From Curvularia clavata (Eukaryota): a DNA stretch of 64,000 nt. Of the stretch, positions 1 to 13,287 are shown in pieces; positions within the stretch are counted from its first letter, which is position 1, and every line of letters begins with the position of its first letter. Below the pieces are notes generated by a model. It ran no database searches, was not told the origin of the DNA, and saw only the letters and a program-made list of their open reading frames with translations. Made by a program: the position numbers and the translations under genes. The stretch is taken from the NCBI GenBank assembly GCA_023920165.1, contig CP089276.1, forward strand, positions 186,001 to 250,000, written 5' to 3'.

Positions 1-103
1 TGAATCAACATTAGGTGGGGGTTTTCAAATGAAAACAAGGCAGCTGATGGCTGATGGCTGATGTACGGTTGACGCCCCAAATGTAGATAGCCATAGCAGG
101 CGG

Positions 104-810
104 CTAAGGATTACTACTGGGTACAGATGGAAAGTTTTTGGGGTCGCTGAGCCGTTCACGGTTTCTTTTGGCAATCTCGGCATTTCGTAGTTTGTCTAGT
201 CTCATCTGATAAAAACTCCTGTACAACGTTAGTATAGTGCGACTAGTGGTGTGATATGCACGCACTTGTTGAGCTGGAATATGCGAGGGCCAAGCTCAGT
301 CTGAGCCTTTTCTTTTGTCTTGGAAAGCTCCTTGATCTAAAGCAGAGTCAGTACAGGAGCGGCACGTTGTATGCGTGTTGCAAACCTTGTCATCTTTGGC
401 CTTCTCGTCCTGTTTGTCCTCATCCTCTTCCTTGGCCTTTGCTTCCTTTTCTTTCTCCTTATCCTTTTCCTTGTCTTTGGCTTTTCTCTTTTCCCGCTTG
501 AGTTGCTGCTTCTGCTCGTACTCTTTCTTGACTGCTTCGATCTCGCGATCTAGCTCTTCTTGCTTCTTCTGGTCTGCAACCCTCTTTGCCTCTTCAGCTT
601 CTGGTTGGCAGAACCCCCGATCAGTCAAGTGTCCAGCACATATGTAGAAGAAATCCTGGAGTGACATGAGTTTCTAGGTGCCTGGCTTTCAAGGTCACGA
701 CGTACCTTATTGCTAGGTGTAATGAGGACACTGGTGGAAGGTTTGTAGCATATCCAACAAGCCTTGGCGGCGTTGTCCGCAACGCGGCGCAGGTGCCAAA
801 TATTCTCCAT
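104..810 (-). CDS. VFA1: Vps4-associated protein 1-like (VFA1/DUF1742), multi-exon
   Basis: N-terminus MENIWHLRRVADNAAKACWICYKPSTSVLITP splices to DFFYICAGHLTDRGFC (Cys/His motif), then a K/E-rich coiled coil. The last exon reads FYQMRLDKLRNAEIAKRNRERLSDPKNFPSVP, with TAG at 106-104. GT-AG introns. Confidence 0.8.
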
Positions 811-1366
811 TGTTTCAGTTTAAGGGTTGTCCCTTTGCACGTTGACAAGGTTACTAGAAGCTTTTAACGTAGGGTGGTCCCGTCTGGAGCGTACAAGGAC
901 GTCGCTTCCTACGATACAGACTGCTTTTCAGTTTCTTTTGATGAAGCTTGACACGTTATTGTGAATATCAATCACAAAGAATAACAAGGTTTGGCTACAG
1001 CTATTGAACATGTGTAGAGAGGCTTGGTGGTGATGAAGTGGCTGTGCGAGAGTGGAAGACGCAGATATCGAAACTAGGCTCAAAGCGGCTTAGTCGCAGA
1101 CACCGCAGACAGTTGCGACCATTTCTCTTTCTCCTTCTACCAGCCCTCAGCCCATGTTTTCGAGAACTGTACGAGCATCTGGTCTACAGAGAATTCTCAA
1201 AAATATACCTCAGTTCACAAAGATAGGTCTAGTACACCGCAATACAAAGCTTCCGAGCAATCTTCCAAGTGCGTCGTCTTAACACGCTTCCACATCCAGG
1301 TCTCTCATCCAACACTGATAAGACAGGTCTGCGTTCCTTTCAGAAATTTCACAGCCATACAGTAGC

Positions 1367-2473
1367 ATGGCTGCATCATCTTCATTAAAGTACATTGATG
1401 TTGGTCTGCATCCCACTCACCTGCCCCTCCAAACTTCTAACCACTAGCTTTAGATTGGCATCAATTTCACCGATCCAATTTTCCGGGGTGAATATCACGG
1501 TACCCAGCGCCACGAGAATGACTTTGAAGACATTATTCAACGAGCTCTCGACGCTGGCTGCAAGAAGTTCATGGTGACGGGTTCTGATCTCGAGGAATCA
1601 AAGCACGCTATCGAAATAGCAAAAGCGCATCCAGGGCTTTGCTATGCGACTGTAGGCGTACACCCTTGCTCTGCGAAGCACTTTGATAAGCATCCCGGTG
1701 GCCCGTCTGAGCTTCTATCTGCGCTCAAAATTTTGGCCATTGAAGCCAAGGAAGCAGGCCACGCGGTTGCTTTCGGGGAAATAGGACTCGACTACGACCG
1801 GCTTTTCCTAACGGCAAAGGAACCACAGCTGAAGTACTTTGAAGCGCAACTAGAGATTGCTGTTGAAGTGCAGTTGCCACTCTTCCTCCATTCGCGTGCT
1901 GCGAGCGAAGACTTTGAAAGGCTGTTGACTGCGAAGCTTGACCAACTACCGAAAAGAGGTCTTGTGCACAGCTTCACTGGAACATTGGAAGAGATGCAAC
2001 GCCTTGTAGATCTGGGTTTCGACATTGGTGTTAACGGCTGTAGCATGAAGAGTACGTGCTTCCATCTTCCCATGATGCGTCCTGACGATTACTGACTGAC
2101 GTTTCTATCTAGCGGACGAGAACATTGCAGTCGTCAAACAAATACCACTTGAGCGACTACAGATTGAAACAGACGGGCCATGGTGTGAGATGCGGCCCAG
2201 TCACGCATCGGCCAAGTTCCTTACAGACGCTCCTCCTTTGCCAAAGGCAGTCAAGAAGGAGAAGTGGGCGAAAGGCATGATGGTAAAGGGGCGAAACGAG
2301 CCAGCCACAATCCCGCACGTTGCATATGCCATTGCAAAAATCAAGGAAATCAGCGTGGAGGAAGTTTGTGACGCGTAAGTACTGTAGCCCTTTGGTGTAT
2401 GTTCGGTAACTAATAATTGTGCAGTGCTTGGAGGAATTCAATCAAGATGTTTGGGTTAGGCGAGACAGCGTAA
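1367..2473 (+). CDS. TatD-family deoxyribonuclease
   Basis: Spliced product carries TatD motifs: YID-IGINFTDPIFRG, TVGVHP, FGEIGLDYDR, LPLFLHSR, GLVHSFTG, IETDGPW, KGRNEP. Three introns, TAA at 2471-2473. The start is uncertain because of an upstream ATG at 1155. Confidence 0.9.
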
Positions 2474-2613
2474 TACTAGAATGCCCCCCCATGCGCGGGG
2501 TCGACTCGGTAGACAATATGCATATAGAAGATCGATTTATACAGAAGGGTTGAATGCCCCCAAACTCGCAGGTATAACGATCGCCAAATAGACCACGCCG
2601 AACCAACACTGCC

Positions 2614-3454
2614 TTACTTCCTGTACCACATTCTGGTGATCTTGGTATGCCTCATCTTCTTCTGGAGCTGGAAGACACCGTACATGAGCGCCTCAGCAGT
2701 AGGCGGACAGCCAGGCACGTAGATGTCCACAGGCACAACGCGGTCACATCCTCTTGTGACCGAATAGCTGTAGTGGTAGTATCCTCCTCCGTTTGCGCAG
2801 CTGCCCATGGAAATTACCCAACGGGGGTCAGGCATCTGGTCGTAGACCTGTCGCAGCGCAGGTGCCATCTTGTTTGTGAGGGTTCCGGCTACAATCATGA
2901 CGTCGGACTGTCGGGGTGAGGCACGGAAAATAATACCGAGACGATCCTGATCGTATCGTGGAGTTGACAGGTGCATCATCTCTACGGCGCAGCATGCGAG
3001 ACCGAAAGTCATGGGCCAAAGCGAGCTCTGACGGGCCCAGTTGGCGACCTGATCGAGTGTTGTCCTGTACCCCATGTTAGCTCACATCCTCCATTGCGCC
3101 CCATTACCACCCGTATTCATTTTCTGCATAACCCCAAGGAGTAGCCACATACAATGCATACTGCATAGCACCCTTCTTTCCCTCCTGGCTTGGCAAGGGC
3201 ACCTCCACTCGCGCGGACTTCATTGGTGGCGGTGTTCCTGGGTTACCCGGGATGGTTGCAGGCGTCTTCATGGTCGTCGCTCTGTCGGAAGAGCTCGAGG
3301 AGAGAAATGCTACGCTTCCGGCGCGGAAGGGCATCAATGCCGTTGCGGGTTTGGCTGTCCGTTGTGTCAGTTCGGTGGCATTGGAAGCTTTTCGGGCGGG
3401 CGGCGACGAACCTCGCAGAGCCATTGAGGCAGCAGACCTTGTCGTCGAAAGCAT
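2614..3454 (-). CDS. NDUFS7: NADH:ubiquinone oxidoreductase PSST/20 kDa subunit (NuoB/NDUFS7)
   Basis: [64 protein letters not shown]. Presequence-like N-terminus [14 protein letters not shown]. One intron at about 3066-3152. Confidence 0.97.
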
Positions 3455-3729
3455 GTTTGCGACGCACAGCAAGGAAAGGCGTGGGTGAAGGAGTGGAGAG
3501 GCGAGATGTGGGGTGGCGGTCGAGGAGTCGCGAAGTTGTCGATGAGGTAGGTAGGTGCATCAAAATGCTTGGCGGCAATCGATTAGTCGCCCATTTTGGC
3601 GCCGTCTGATAGGCCAGCCAACGATCACTCCTTCGCCATCACCCTTTCGGACTACTTCGGCCAGACTACTCCGCATCAACGTCCAGGGTGCATGAACCAC
3701 TGCCGTAGTCCTTCGATACTGTATTGAAA

Positions 3730-4467
3730 ATGTCAGGCCGGGTAGGAGATTGATGCGGTCAAGAGCTGGAGCGAGCGTTGACTGTCTCCAGGTTCCAGCC
3801 ATTGCGTGCATTGGTGTCATCGGCAAGCACGTGAGTACTTCTCCATTCACATAATCTGACCCGTTTTCGTACTGAACGTTGTTGGAGAACAATCCACTAC
3901 ACATCTCGCTATTTCCAGCTGAGGAGCGTGCCCCTCTAGAGTTCCAGTTCCTTCTCTCGTCATGTCTGGACATCTTTGAGGCTCGTTTGCCGCACAAGAC
4001 TGCAGACCAGGACTTTGGTCTATTGCAAGCCGTTGATGAACGCCTAGCCATGTATGGCTGGCTCACCAATACTGGTGTCAAGTTCATCATTATAGTGGAC
4101 ATGGAGGGAAAGCCAGCCAATCCCCTGGACAACAGATCAGCGACTGCTGTCGGACTACGAGATGCGGATATGAAACCTGTAAGCTCGGCATCCCACCTGT
4201 AAACATCCATCTAACTTTCGTAGGCATTTAGAGCATTACAGACGGCCTACATCAAACTACTCCGGAATCCGTAAGTGAAGACGAAGCCTAATTAATGTGT
4301 GGCGACTTTTGACAGCTACACATAGATTCTACGACCCCGATGAGCATTCTCCAGTCACTGCAAATTCGGAACAGAGAGTTGGTTCAACTCAAATAACGAG
4401 CCGCAAGTTCATCCAGGAAATCAAGAGGATCGCAGATGCATGGGCTCCTGGTGTCACAAACATTTGA
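3730..4467 (+). CDS. Sedlin/TRAPPC2-like (TRAPPC2L/Tca17) longin-fold trafficking protein
   Basis: Spliced MSGR-VPAIACIGVIGKH-NNPLHI, LAMYGWLTNTGVKFIIIVD, FRALQTAYIKLLRNP-FYDPD. Four introns, TGA at 4465-4467. Confidence 0.85.
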
Positions 4468-4710
4468 ATAATCTTTCTTAGGCTATTATGATACCATAAT
4501 CCATTTGAAATCGTTCAGTCCCAGACAATTTGATTGTATGTTTTGCAACCTGATCCTTTTCATCCGATGTTGCCATGTATCGGCACTTCCCAAAAGCGCT
4601 AGCGCCGATTGCGGAATAGTCCAATGTGAGAGCAGATCACCTCGGCCATATCACGTCGTCTTGAAGACGATGCCACACAAAGTTTTGCTTCCTCAAACCA
4701 ATGACTACCA

Positions 4711-6994
4711 ATGTCGTCCACCGGTGTTGCGATCACCAATCCCTTGGTGCTCTATCGCAGTCTCATTGCTACACAGAAGATCCGACCTGATCCCGCTCAG
4801 CATCGCCTCGGTATGACGTCTACCATTCTGGCACTGCCAAGCATGTACATGAAACTGACTGTGATGATCAGCATTGCACTTACAGAAACTCTATGATCGC
4901 TTGATTGACTATGAACCAACTGTAGAATACTCAAAACGACTGCAACAGCTTAGCCGAGCAGTTGGTTCAGATCAAAATGTTGCTGCCCCAACAGACGCGC
5001 ATGCAAATCGCTTCGGCAGGAGGGGCGTATGGACCTCACTACTTGCCGAGAAGGAGAAGAGAGATTCAGTAGCTTTAACACGCGTCCTGACGAGCCATGA
5101 CGAAGCTATGCAGCTCCAGAGTCCGAAAGGCCTCATGCTCCATGGCGAGGTTGGAACCGGAAAGTCAATGTTGATCGACTTGTTTCAAGAATGCCTGCCC
5201 AATCGCAAGAAGAGGCGCTGGCACTTTAATACTTTCATGCTGGATACTATTTCTAGACTTGAGCAACTGCGAATATCCAGGTCACTTGTAGCAGGCCCAG
5301 GGGCACCTAATGATGAGTACTCGCTGCTTCTTGTAGCACGCGATCTGATTGAGAAGTCACCAATTCTCTTCCTGGACGAATTCCAACTCCCTGATCGTGC
5401 GGCTAGCAAGATTCTGTCAAATCTCATGACGTCTTTCTTCCAGCTCGGTGGTGTTCTGATTGCGACGAGCAACCGCATGCCAGAAGAGCTTGCAAAAGCC
5501 GCAGGAATGGAGTTCTCACGGCCTGTGCACCATCTCAGTCGACTAGGCTGGAGCATAAGCAAGCCTTTATATACGAGAAGAGATGATGGAGCGGGCCAAA
5601 TGGGCGAGTTTTCGGCGTTCCTTGAGGTGCTGAGGGCGAGATGCGAGATCTGGGAAATGGAAGGGAAGAAGGATTATCGAAAGCTGGAGCTAGAAGATGC
5701 AGATGCTACTGCTGGACGGAAAGACAGTGTGCAAGTCTCGGCGTCTGAAAGCCTGGATGCCATCAATTTGGCTGCAACTACGACACCTGATGGCGACACG
5801 AGTGCTGCAGAGGAGACGACATCGGCAAAGACTGGAGCTCCTCTGCCAAAGAACTATCTCATCCAGCCGACAACTGCAGAGACCATGATCGAGTTCGGCG
5901 AGTCCTTCAACTCCCTTGTCGAGCACGCAACTCGCCATGAATATCCCATCCCCTGGGCCCCTGATACTCTAACCGTGTATAACCGCCCTCTTCACGTCCC
6001 AGCACAGTACAATGGCGTAGCGTTCTTCACCTTTTCTGAGCTCTGCGGCGCTGTTCTAGGTCCCGCAGACTATATTACGCTTGCATCCACATACCATACG
6101 TTCATCGTTACCGACGTACCCATCATGGGCTTGTTGATGAAGAGCGAAGCCAGGCGCCTTATCACTTTGCTCGACGCCATGTACGAAGCGCGCTGTAGAC
6201 TGATGATCACGGCAGCTGCCGGACCGGACAAGATTTTCTTTCCCGTACGCCCTCCATCTTTATCAGGAGCAGCTGTTGACCAGGAAACTCTCGACACGGA
6301 TGCTGTGCATCCAGAAACGTATTCTGAAATCTACCAAGACCTTAATTCCCCTTTTCGACCAAACATTTCTTCATATGATACTGGCTCTAGTAGTATCAGG
6401 CTATCCGACGATGCGCTCGAAGACGATCCGCCAAACCGAATGCGCAGAGCAAACTCTTCATACACAGATGAGCGCCGCACCACCTTAGGACCGGGTTCAC
6501 CCGATTTTGCCAACATCGGCGGGCTAACGGGCGAAGACGAGAAGTTTGCTGTCAAGCGAGCCGAAAGCCGCATCTACGAAATGTGTTCTGGAAAGTGGTG
6601 GGAGCGCGCAGACACAATTCCCGACTGGTGGCGGCCTCTTCCACTCGAGAACCGCCATTGGGAGTCTCAGCGTGTGGCTTCGGGTCTTGCGTCTGCGTCT
6701 ACTGCAGACCCTCTAGCGCGGAACAATGGGTTACCGCCGAATACAAAGATTTTGTCTGAGGCGGAGCGAGAGCAAGATAGACAGAGGGAGATGGAGGATA
6801 TGTTTAAGCATGGGGCTAGCCCCTTCCGGGTTCATCCTGATGCGCCGCCAAAGTTTAGCTGGACACACGCTTGGGGGATGGTAAAGTGGGGGAAGAAGGC
6901 GGGCGCTTGGGGCAAAGGAGTGGAAGGGTTGGAGGACAAGTCCAAGGAGAAGCAGAGTGACGAGGATGGGCAGGGTAGCAAAGACACAAAGTAA
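4711..6994 (+). CDS. AFG1/ZapE-like ATPase
   Basis: Walker A PKGLMLHGEVGTGKSMLIDLF, Walker B ILFLDEFQ, plus LIATSNR, LGPADY and ARRLITLLDAMYE. First exon MSSTGVAITNPLVLYR, intron at about 4811-4871. Confidence 0.92.
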
Positions 6995-7119
6995 GCTGCA
7001 TATTGGCTGCCAAACTTGAAATAGATAGACTGAAGTAAACTTTTTCTTTTTTTCCTTTCCTTGACTCACAACATCATAATGCGTCATGAAAATGCGAGCT
7101 ATTCAAACCAAGGATCTAG

Positions 7120-8245
7120 TCACTGAATCTTCCCCTTGTTCACGACAAATGCCTCGAGTGCACTAATGGCACTCCACAACCTGTTCTCTGCCTCCTTGAA
7201 CACGACGCTCCTGGGTCCGTAGAAGACCTCGTCCGCAACCTCCTCCGGGTGGCGGGGAAGGCAGTGCATGAAGCTCCAGTTGTCCTTTGCGCCGCCGCGC
7301 TTGGCCAGATCTGAGGTGATTTGGAAGCCCTCGAATGCCTTGAGGCGTTTTGCGGTTTCTTCTTCCTGGCCCATGGACACCCATGTGTCTGTGACGAGAA
7401 TATCTGCGTCCTTGATGGCCTCCTCGGGTGTGTTCGTCTCGAGGAGCTTTCCAGCACGGGGAGAGGTTTGCGCCGCGTGGGAGATGACATCGCGCATGGA
7501 CTGGGGGATCTCGTAGCCCCGTGGTGTTGCGACAGCCATGTCGATGCCCAATTTTGTAGCGCCAATGGCCAAGTCAAATAGGACATTGTTCGCATCGCCT
7601 ATCCACGCAATCTTGAGTCCCTCGAGACCAAGCGAGGTGGCGGATGTGGATGGGTAGATTTCGGCAATGGTAAGCATGTCGGCGATGATCTGAAGGGGGT
7701 GGTAGAGGTCGGAGAGGGCGTTGATGACGGGCACGCTCGAGTGCTTTGCGAGGTCTGCAACGTCGGAGTGAGGGCCTACGCGGGCAACAATTGCAGCCGT
7801 CATACTGGAGAGGACGAGTGAAGTGTCGTACAGGGACTCGTTGACCTGGTCATCTTCACGTCAGCGGGGCTAGTGAGAAGGAACCAAACGACCGTACACC
7901 TAGCTGAATATCGTCCTTTCCAAGAAACATTGGTGATCCGCCGAATGCTGCAATTGCGCCCTCGGTGGATATCCTTGTGCGCGTGCTCCGTTTGCTGAAG
8001 GTCATGGCAACGGTGCGGCCGGCCAATGCTCCACGCATGGACTGGGGAACCTCTCCTGTTTGCTTGATTGCAGTCTTGTGGCGCTGTGCATTTTGAACCA
8101 GCGTAGTCAGCTCGGCGGGAGTGAGGTCTGCTATGGAGAGGAGATGTCGAGGCGCAAAGGGCGAGGTGGGAGGTGTAGCGGGCGAGGTGGAGTAGCAGCG
8201 GCGCAAGCTCCGCAGAGCCACGGTGGAGGGGCGGAAGGCAGGCAT
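7120..8245 (-). CDS. ARG3: Ornithine carbamoyltransferase, mitochondrial
   Basis: FSKRSTRTR carbamoyl-phosphate motif, INALSDLYHPLQ, TDTWVSMGQE, FMHCLPR, EAENR. Mitochondrial presequence. One intron at about 7846-7897. Confidence 0.97.
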
Positions 8246-8317
8246 TCTGGGTCAATTGAAGAATCTGAAGCCAGAAGAGACGAATCGAAGGGTTTTAAGC
8301 CCGCAGTAGCAGCGTAA

Positions 8318-8323
8318 GAGTCA
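8318..8323 (-). promoter_or_regulatory. Gcn4/CpcA-type element (TGACTC) upstream of ARG3
   Basis: GAGTCA on + (TGACTC on -) lies about 73 bp upstream of the ARG3 ATG. Arginine biosynthesis genes are classic cross-pathway-control targets. Confidence 0.5.
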
Positions 8324-8592
8324 CCAGGCGTGTTATCGCAACAAAATAATGTTTGATGGCGCTAAGTGTGTGACGCATGGCAGTGGAGACACAATCCGGG
8401 GGTCGGAGCGGGCTAGCGGCGCCGCGGCAGGCACACGTCGTTCCGCCGTGGCTGAGTGCATGACGAGACGATGAACGCCAGCCAGCCTCGGGCCCTGGAC
8501 TTGCATTCCCTCCCCCTACCTTGATCACCACCTCTCCTCTCCTCCATCCTCAGCACGCCATGGCTCTCGCCTGGACCCCCCTTCGGCTGAAG

Positions 8593-11407
8593 ATGGACAA
8601 CCCCGACGAGACGTGGGGCTCCAACGACAACTCCAACGCCAACACTATCATCGACGCCAACACCCGTACACCCAGTTCGCGACCCGCCTCGCGCAAGTCT
8701 GCCCGATCTTCGCGCTCAGCTCGCTCGCAGCACTCGAGCAGGACCACCGAAGAGACTCCTTTGCTGTCCCAGCAAGACGTAGACGACGACGAGCATGAAC
8801 ACGACTACGACAACGAGCCCACGCCGGCAACGCGGTCACTGCGACGGTCACTGAGCACCTCCTCAGATAAGGGTGGCAAAGGCTCGCTATGGAGGAAACG
8901 CTGGCCCAGCATACTGGCCCTCATTACGCTATGTCTGCTCGTCGTCTTCATCATGCTCGGCTTTCTTGCCAAAGAGAGCATCGAGGAGTACTCAATGCAG
9001 GCAGCCGACTTCAAGCCTACCAAGGTCTCCATGGACGGCTTGACCAGCAACGGCGCAAAAGTTCACGTAGAAGGAGACTTTGTCATGAATGCATCCAAGG
9101 TCAAGAAGCAGAGCGTGCGCAACCTTGGACGTTTCGGCACCTGGATTGCGCACGAGGCCGAGACGGGTCCTTTTGATGTCGACGTCTATCTGCCCGAGTA
9201 TGGCAATATCCTGATTGGTACGGCCAAGATGCCGGGTGTCAAGGTCAACATCCGAAACGGGCACACTACCCACGTGTCCCTCGATGCTACTGTGCAGCCA
9301 GGCGCGCCTGATGGCATTCGCAATCTCGCCAACGACTGGCTCGATGGCCGACTGGGTCAGATAAGACTCAAAGCAAAAGCCCTGGTACCCCTAAAGTCGG
9401 GCTTGATCAACATTGGCAAGCAGCTTGTTGAGCAATCCATGGTCTTTGAGGGTGGTGATATTCCTGCCCTTCCTCACTACAACATCACCAAGCTCAACCT
9501 GGGCGAGGCCAAGCACGGCCACAAGGGTCTCGCCGCAGACGCCACCATAGTTGTGGAGAACGACTTTCCCGTTCAAATTACGCTCCCACCCGTTGCTGTC
9601 GACGTGGGAATCCAGGGCTGCTCCGACGACACCTACCTCATGGTCGGAACTGCCCAGACTGGTCAGCTCCATGTCAAGCCAAATTCAGATATCAAGGTTG
9701 ATGTCACTGGTAATGTCGAAAAGATCTCGAATCTCTTGACAGAAGTCTGTCCCAACACTGCCAAGTCGCCCCTCGATACTTTCTTGGGCGACTATATGAA
9801 GGGCGAGGATGCTACCATCTACATCAACTGCTGCAAGTTCCCTGACCCGGCCACTCCCGACTGGGCTCGCGATCTTTTGAAAGATGTCATTGTGCCTGTG
9901 CCATTTGCAGGCAAATCAATGGGCAACCTCATCAAGAACTTTTCTCTCGCAGACATGCATTTCAGCCTGCCGAACCCTTTTGCTGAGCCAGACACGCCGG
10001 AAGCGGCGCCCAAGATTTCTGGCATTGTCAATGTCGATATCGGGCTACCCAACGAGATGAACTTCCCTATTGATGTCACCCAGGTCAAGGCTGATGCTGA
10101 CATCTACTACCACAAGAAACTACTTGGAAAGATGAACCTCGACAAATGGCAAAAAGCCAACTCGACCCGCATCGAAGGCCACGGCTCCGAAGGACCCTCT
10201 CTCTTAGTACAGTCCGTCATTAAAAACGCACCTATCAGGATTGTCGACGATGATTTGTTCAGCGAGGTCGTGCAGGCTCTTCTCTTTGGTGGAAAATCTG
10301 TCCTGATGGATCTTAAGGCGGCGGTCAGTGTTGGTGTAGACACGCCCATGGGCAAACTTGCCGTGCGAGGCATTCCGGCGCAAGGAGTCGTACCAGTCAA
10401 ACGTTCGTAGCCAGTTCGTGATCCACGTTTGACCGTTGATTCTTCAACAAGCTAACTTTCTGTGTCCAGCGATTCGTAACGGCAAGGACACCAAGCCCGG
10501 TGAAGGCGACGACAAGGAGAGCGCGATCAACGTCAAAGTCGGCAACATGGCGATTGTCGACACCTCGCCTACTTCTCTTACCATAACAGCCCTGGTCAAT
10601 TTCACAAATCCGACTAAGTACTCTGCTACAGTTCCTTATTTCAACATCAACATCCTGGCCAACGGCTCCCACATTGGCAGTGCAACAGTAAAGAACATGG
10701 AGGTTGTTCCTGGCAACAACACGAACAACCTTGTATCTGTTCATTGGGATCCTTACGAGTATGGCGGTCACAAAGGAAAACAGATTGGCGCAGAGCTGCT
10801 CTCCCAGTACATCTCAGGTAAGTGACTATGATTCTTGCGTTGTGTACACAGCAAGCTAATGCAAGCAATAGGCTTTAACACTTCTATAACTGTCCAAGCA
10901 CACGAGCAATCCGTCCCAGCTGCCCCCTATATTGGCCGTCTGCTCTCACATTTTCCTATTGAACGCCCCATGCCACACATGTCGACCCCAAAGAAGCCGT
11001 CTGATGGCGACGACGATAACGATGACCCGGAAGATGACGGAAAATCACATTTCATCCGTGGTACTACCATGCACCTCATCAGTAGCACCGCAGTCTTTAC
11101 TCTCGCCTCTCCCTTCCGCTCAACCACACTGTACATTACAAACATGAACGCAACAGCTTATCACGATGGCCATGCTGCTGGCAAGATTCTATATGACCTG
11201 CCTTTTGCGGTACCGCCCGGTCTGTCCGAGTCCCCACACCTACCCGTTGACTGGTCGTTTGGTAGCCTAGGCTACGATGCTATCAGAAAGGCACTTGGGG
11301 GGCAGCTCAAACTGAGTGCGTTCGCCTATGTGGGGGTGCGGATTGGCGAGTGGAGAGAGAACGTGTGGTTCAAGGGTGGCAAGATCGGCGCTAATGTTAG
11401 ACTTTAA
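8593..11407 (+). CDS. Tag1-like / DUF3712 single-pass membrane protein with repeated LEA_2-like beta domains
   Basis: Acidic N-terminus with an EETPLL dileucine-type motif, one TM segment (WPSILALITLCLLVVFIMLGFL), and a long beta-rich lumenal region (VNFTNPTKYS...). Introns at about 10404-10469 and 10818-10872. Confidence 0.7.
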
Positions 11408-13287
11408 GTATGTTTGGCTTGAAGGCGCGGGACACGCCATTCTTTCTTATTGTACTTTCTTTTGTTGTATAAACGGTCTGGATATAAAGAAGAAATACAC
11501 GCCAGGACGCGTTTGCTTATTGCATGGTTAAGAAGGCAGGGGGTGTCTTGGGATTATCTCGGTAGGTCGGGGTGGGCAGGCAGGCAATCAGGCGTTATAC
11601 AGATGGAATGGGTATTTTTAACCAAATTGGCTCACATGTACATGACAAATTATCGAATATGAACATTTATTCACATTCTGGTTTGCCGCTTATCTGTAAA
11701 GCACCATGTTCTGAAGCATGCCACGTCGGCTATGCAGTTTTCCATAATGCGATTCAAGCCTATCCGATACAGCCGAAGGTACCTTTTGCCAACCCTCAGG
11801 TCCCACAGGATTTTCTGCCAGATCCCAGCATGGCGAGGGATAACCATGATGGCACCCTGAGAGTCCTTACCCGACGATGTCTTCAACGGGCCGAGGGAGT
11901 GAGGTTTTTTTTTCTGGCCGACGGTCAAGGAGACCGGCATCGCCTCTTCGAAGGCCTGGCTCCAGATTTGAGGTCTTCTGACATAACGTGATCTCGAGGC
12001 TTGGCACAAGTATAAAAAGAGGGCGCCATCACGAACAACGGAGTTGTGTCCCCATCTGCTCTTGAGATCCACAGTCCATACTAGGTCCACCAGTCCAGAT
12101 CAATCGTCAAGCTCTGACCTGTAACTCGGCGGCCCAGGGAGCGCCTTTTCCTGCCTTTACTTCATCCCAGCGATTCTGCTCGCTAGATGAGAGATGACAT
12201 GTTCATTGTCTCCAGCACGAAGGATTGGGCCTGGATGGTCTAGACTGATGTGACTCGGGACCGGCACCGAGAGAGTCCGAAAGATGCAGTAGCTGCATTG
12301 AGCCAACACATCAAGGCTGACCCCAGGTGCGGAAGATAACGGCCAACTGCCACGGGCCAGATTGGAGACAGGTTGCATGGGATGAGCATGGAACTTGCTA
12401 GAAACAGACTCCGGCGAGATTTTGTGTTGTTGCAATCTCGATAATCCGGCAACTGCAGCCGATCCTGTCGGTCTTACTAAAAGCGGGGCACAACGGTGGA
12501 ACCTGCAACAGCGCTGCTGATTGGCTAGGTCACCAATCCCATAAAATACGGCCGAGCCGCCCTCGTTCGACTTTGGCATGCCAGCAACCATGGACGTTTC
12601 AACAATCAGCACTTTTCCAACATGGACAAGTTGGTTTCCCCTCCATATCGTCAAAAGCTCCAAGGGACGATTGCGCACAAAATATGGGCCACCCGGTGCC
12701 CTTACTCAACTCCCTTGCGCAGATCCGACGATGATGGTACCCGGTTGTGCAATGGCAACGAGTCCTTTGGATGATTTGACGTGCAGACGTGTTTTATAAG
12801 TACTACTTGAAGTGTTGTATCTGCCAAAGGCAGACGGAAAGAGAAGTTGAATTTTTGTGCTCTCTGTTCCCGTTTCCTTGAACATCCAACAGCTGCTGGT
12901 CTGCTCGCGAACATTCGAAGCACATCGCCATAACAGCCAAGCTGACGTCGGTGTGATGTATTCTTGTTTGAGGAATAGGGCAGGAAAATGCCGGTGTATG
13001 CATGGCCCCTGACACTGGTACGATGCGAGTCGCACTGGTTTTGCGATTCCAACTCTAATTCTCGATCTCAAGGTATTGGCATGTGCCCTCACAGGACAGG
13101 GCTGAAAGACAGGGCGTGCGGGGAATATTCTAGTATTAAACGAGTATAGAATACCAATATTTTGCTTGTCTACTTATTTTTCCCTGAGCTGGCAGACAGA
13201 CACACACGGCACACACACATATATATTCTCGAATACCAGGCTCATCTCCCACAGGCTTTGCAGGACGCTTTCGTCTCACACCCTGCA

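Noticed and set aside
11420..13150. Several 110-170 aa ORFs between the Tag1-like and bHLH genes
   Set aside because: They overlap on both strands and have no motifs. This is probably upstream regulatory DNA of the bHLH gene.
13162..13287. TTG-initiated extension of the bHLH ORF
   Set aside because: It includes CA/TA microsatellite-like leader sequence. The first ATG at 13288 is more plausible.
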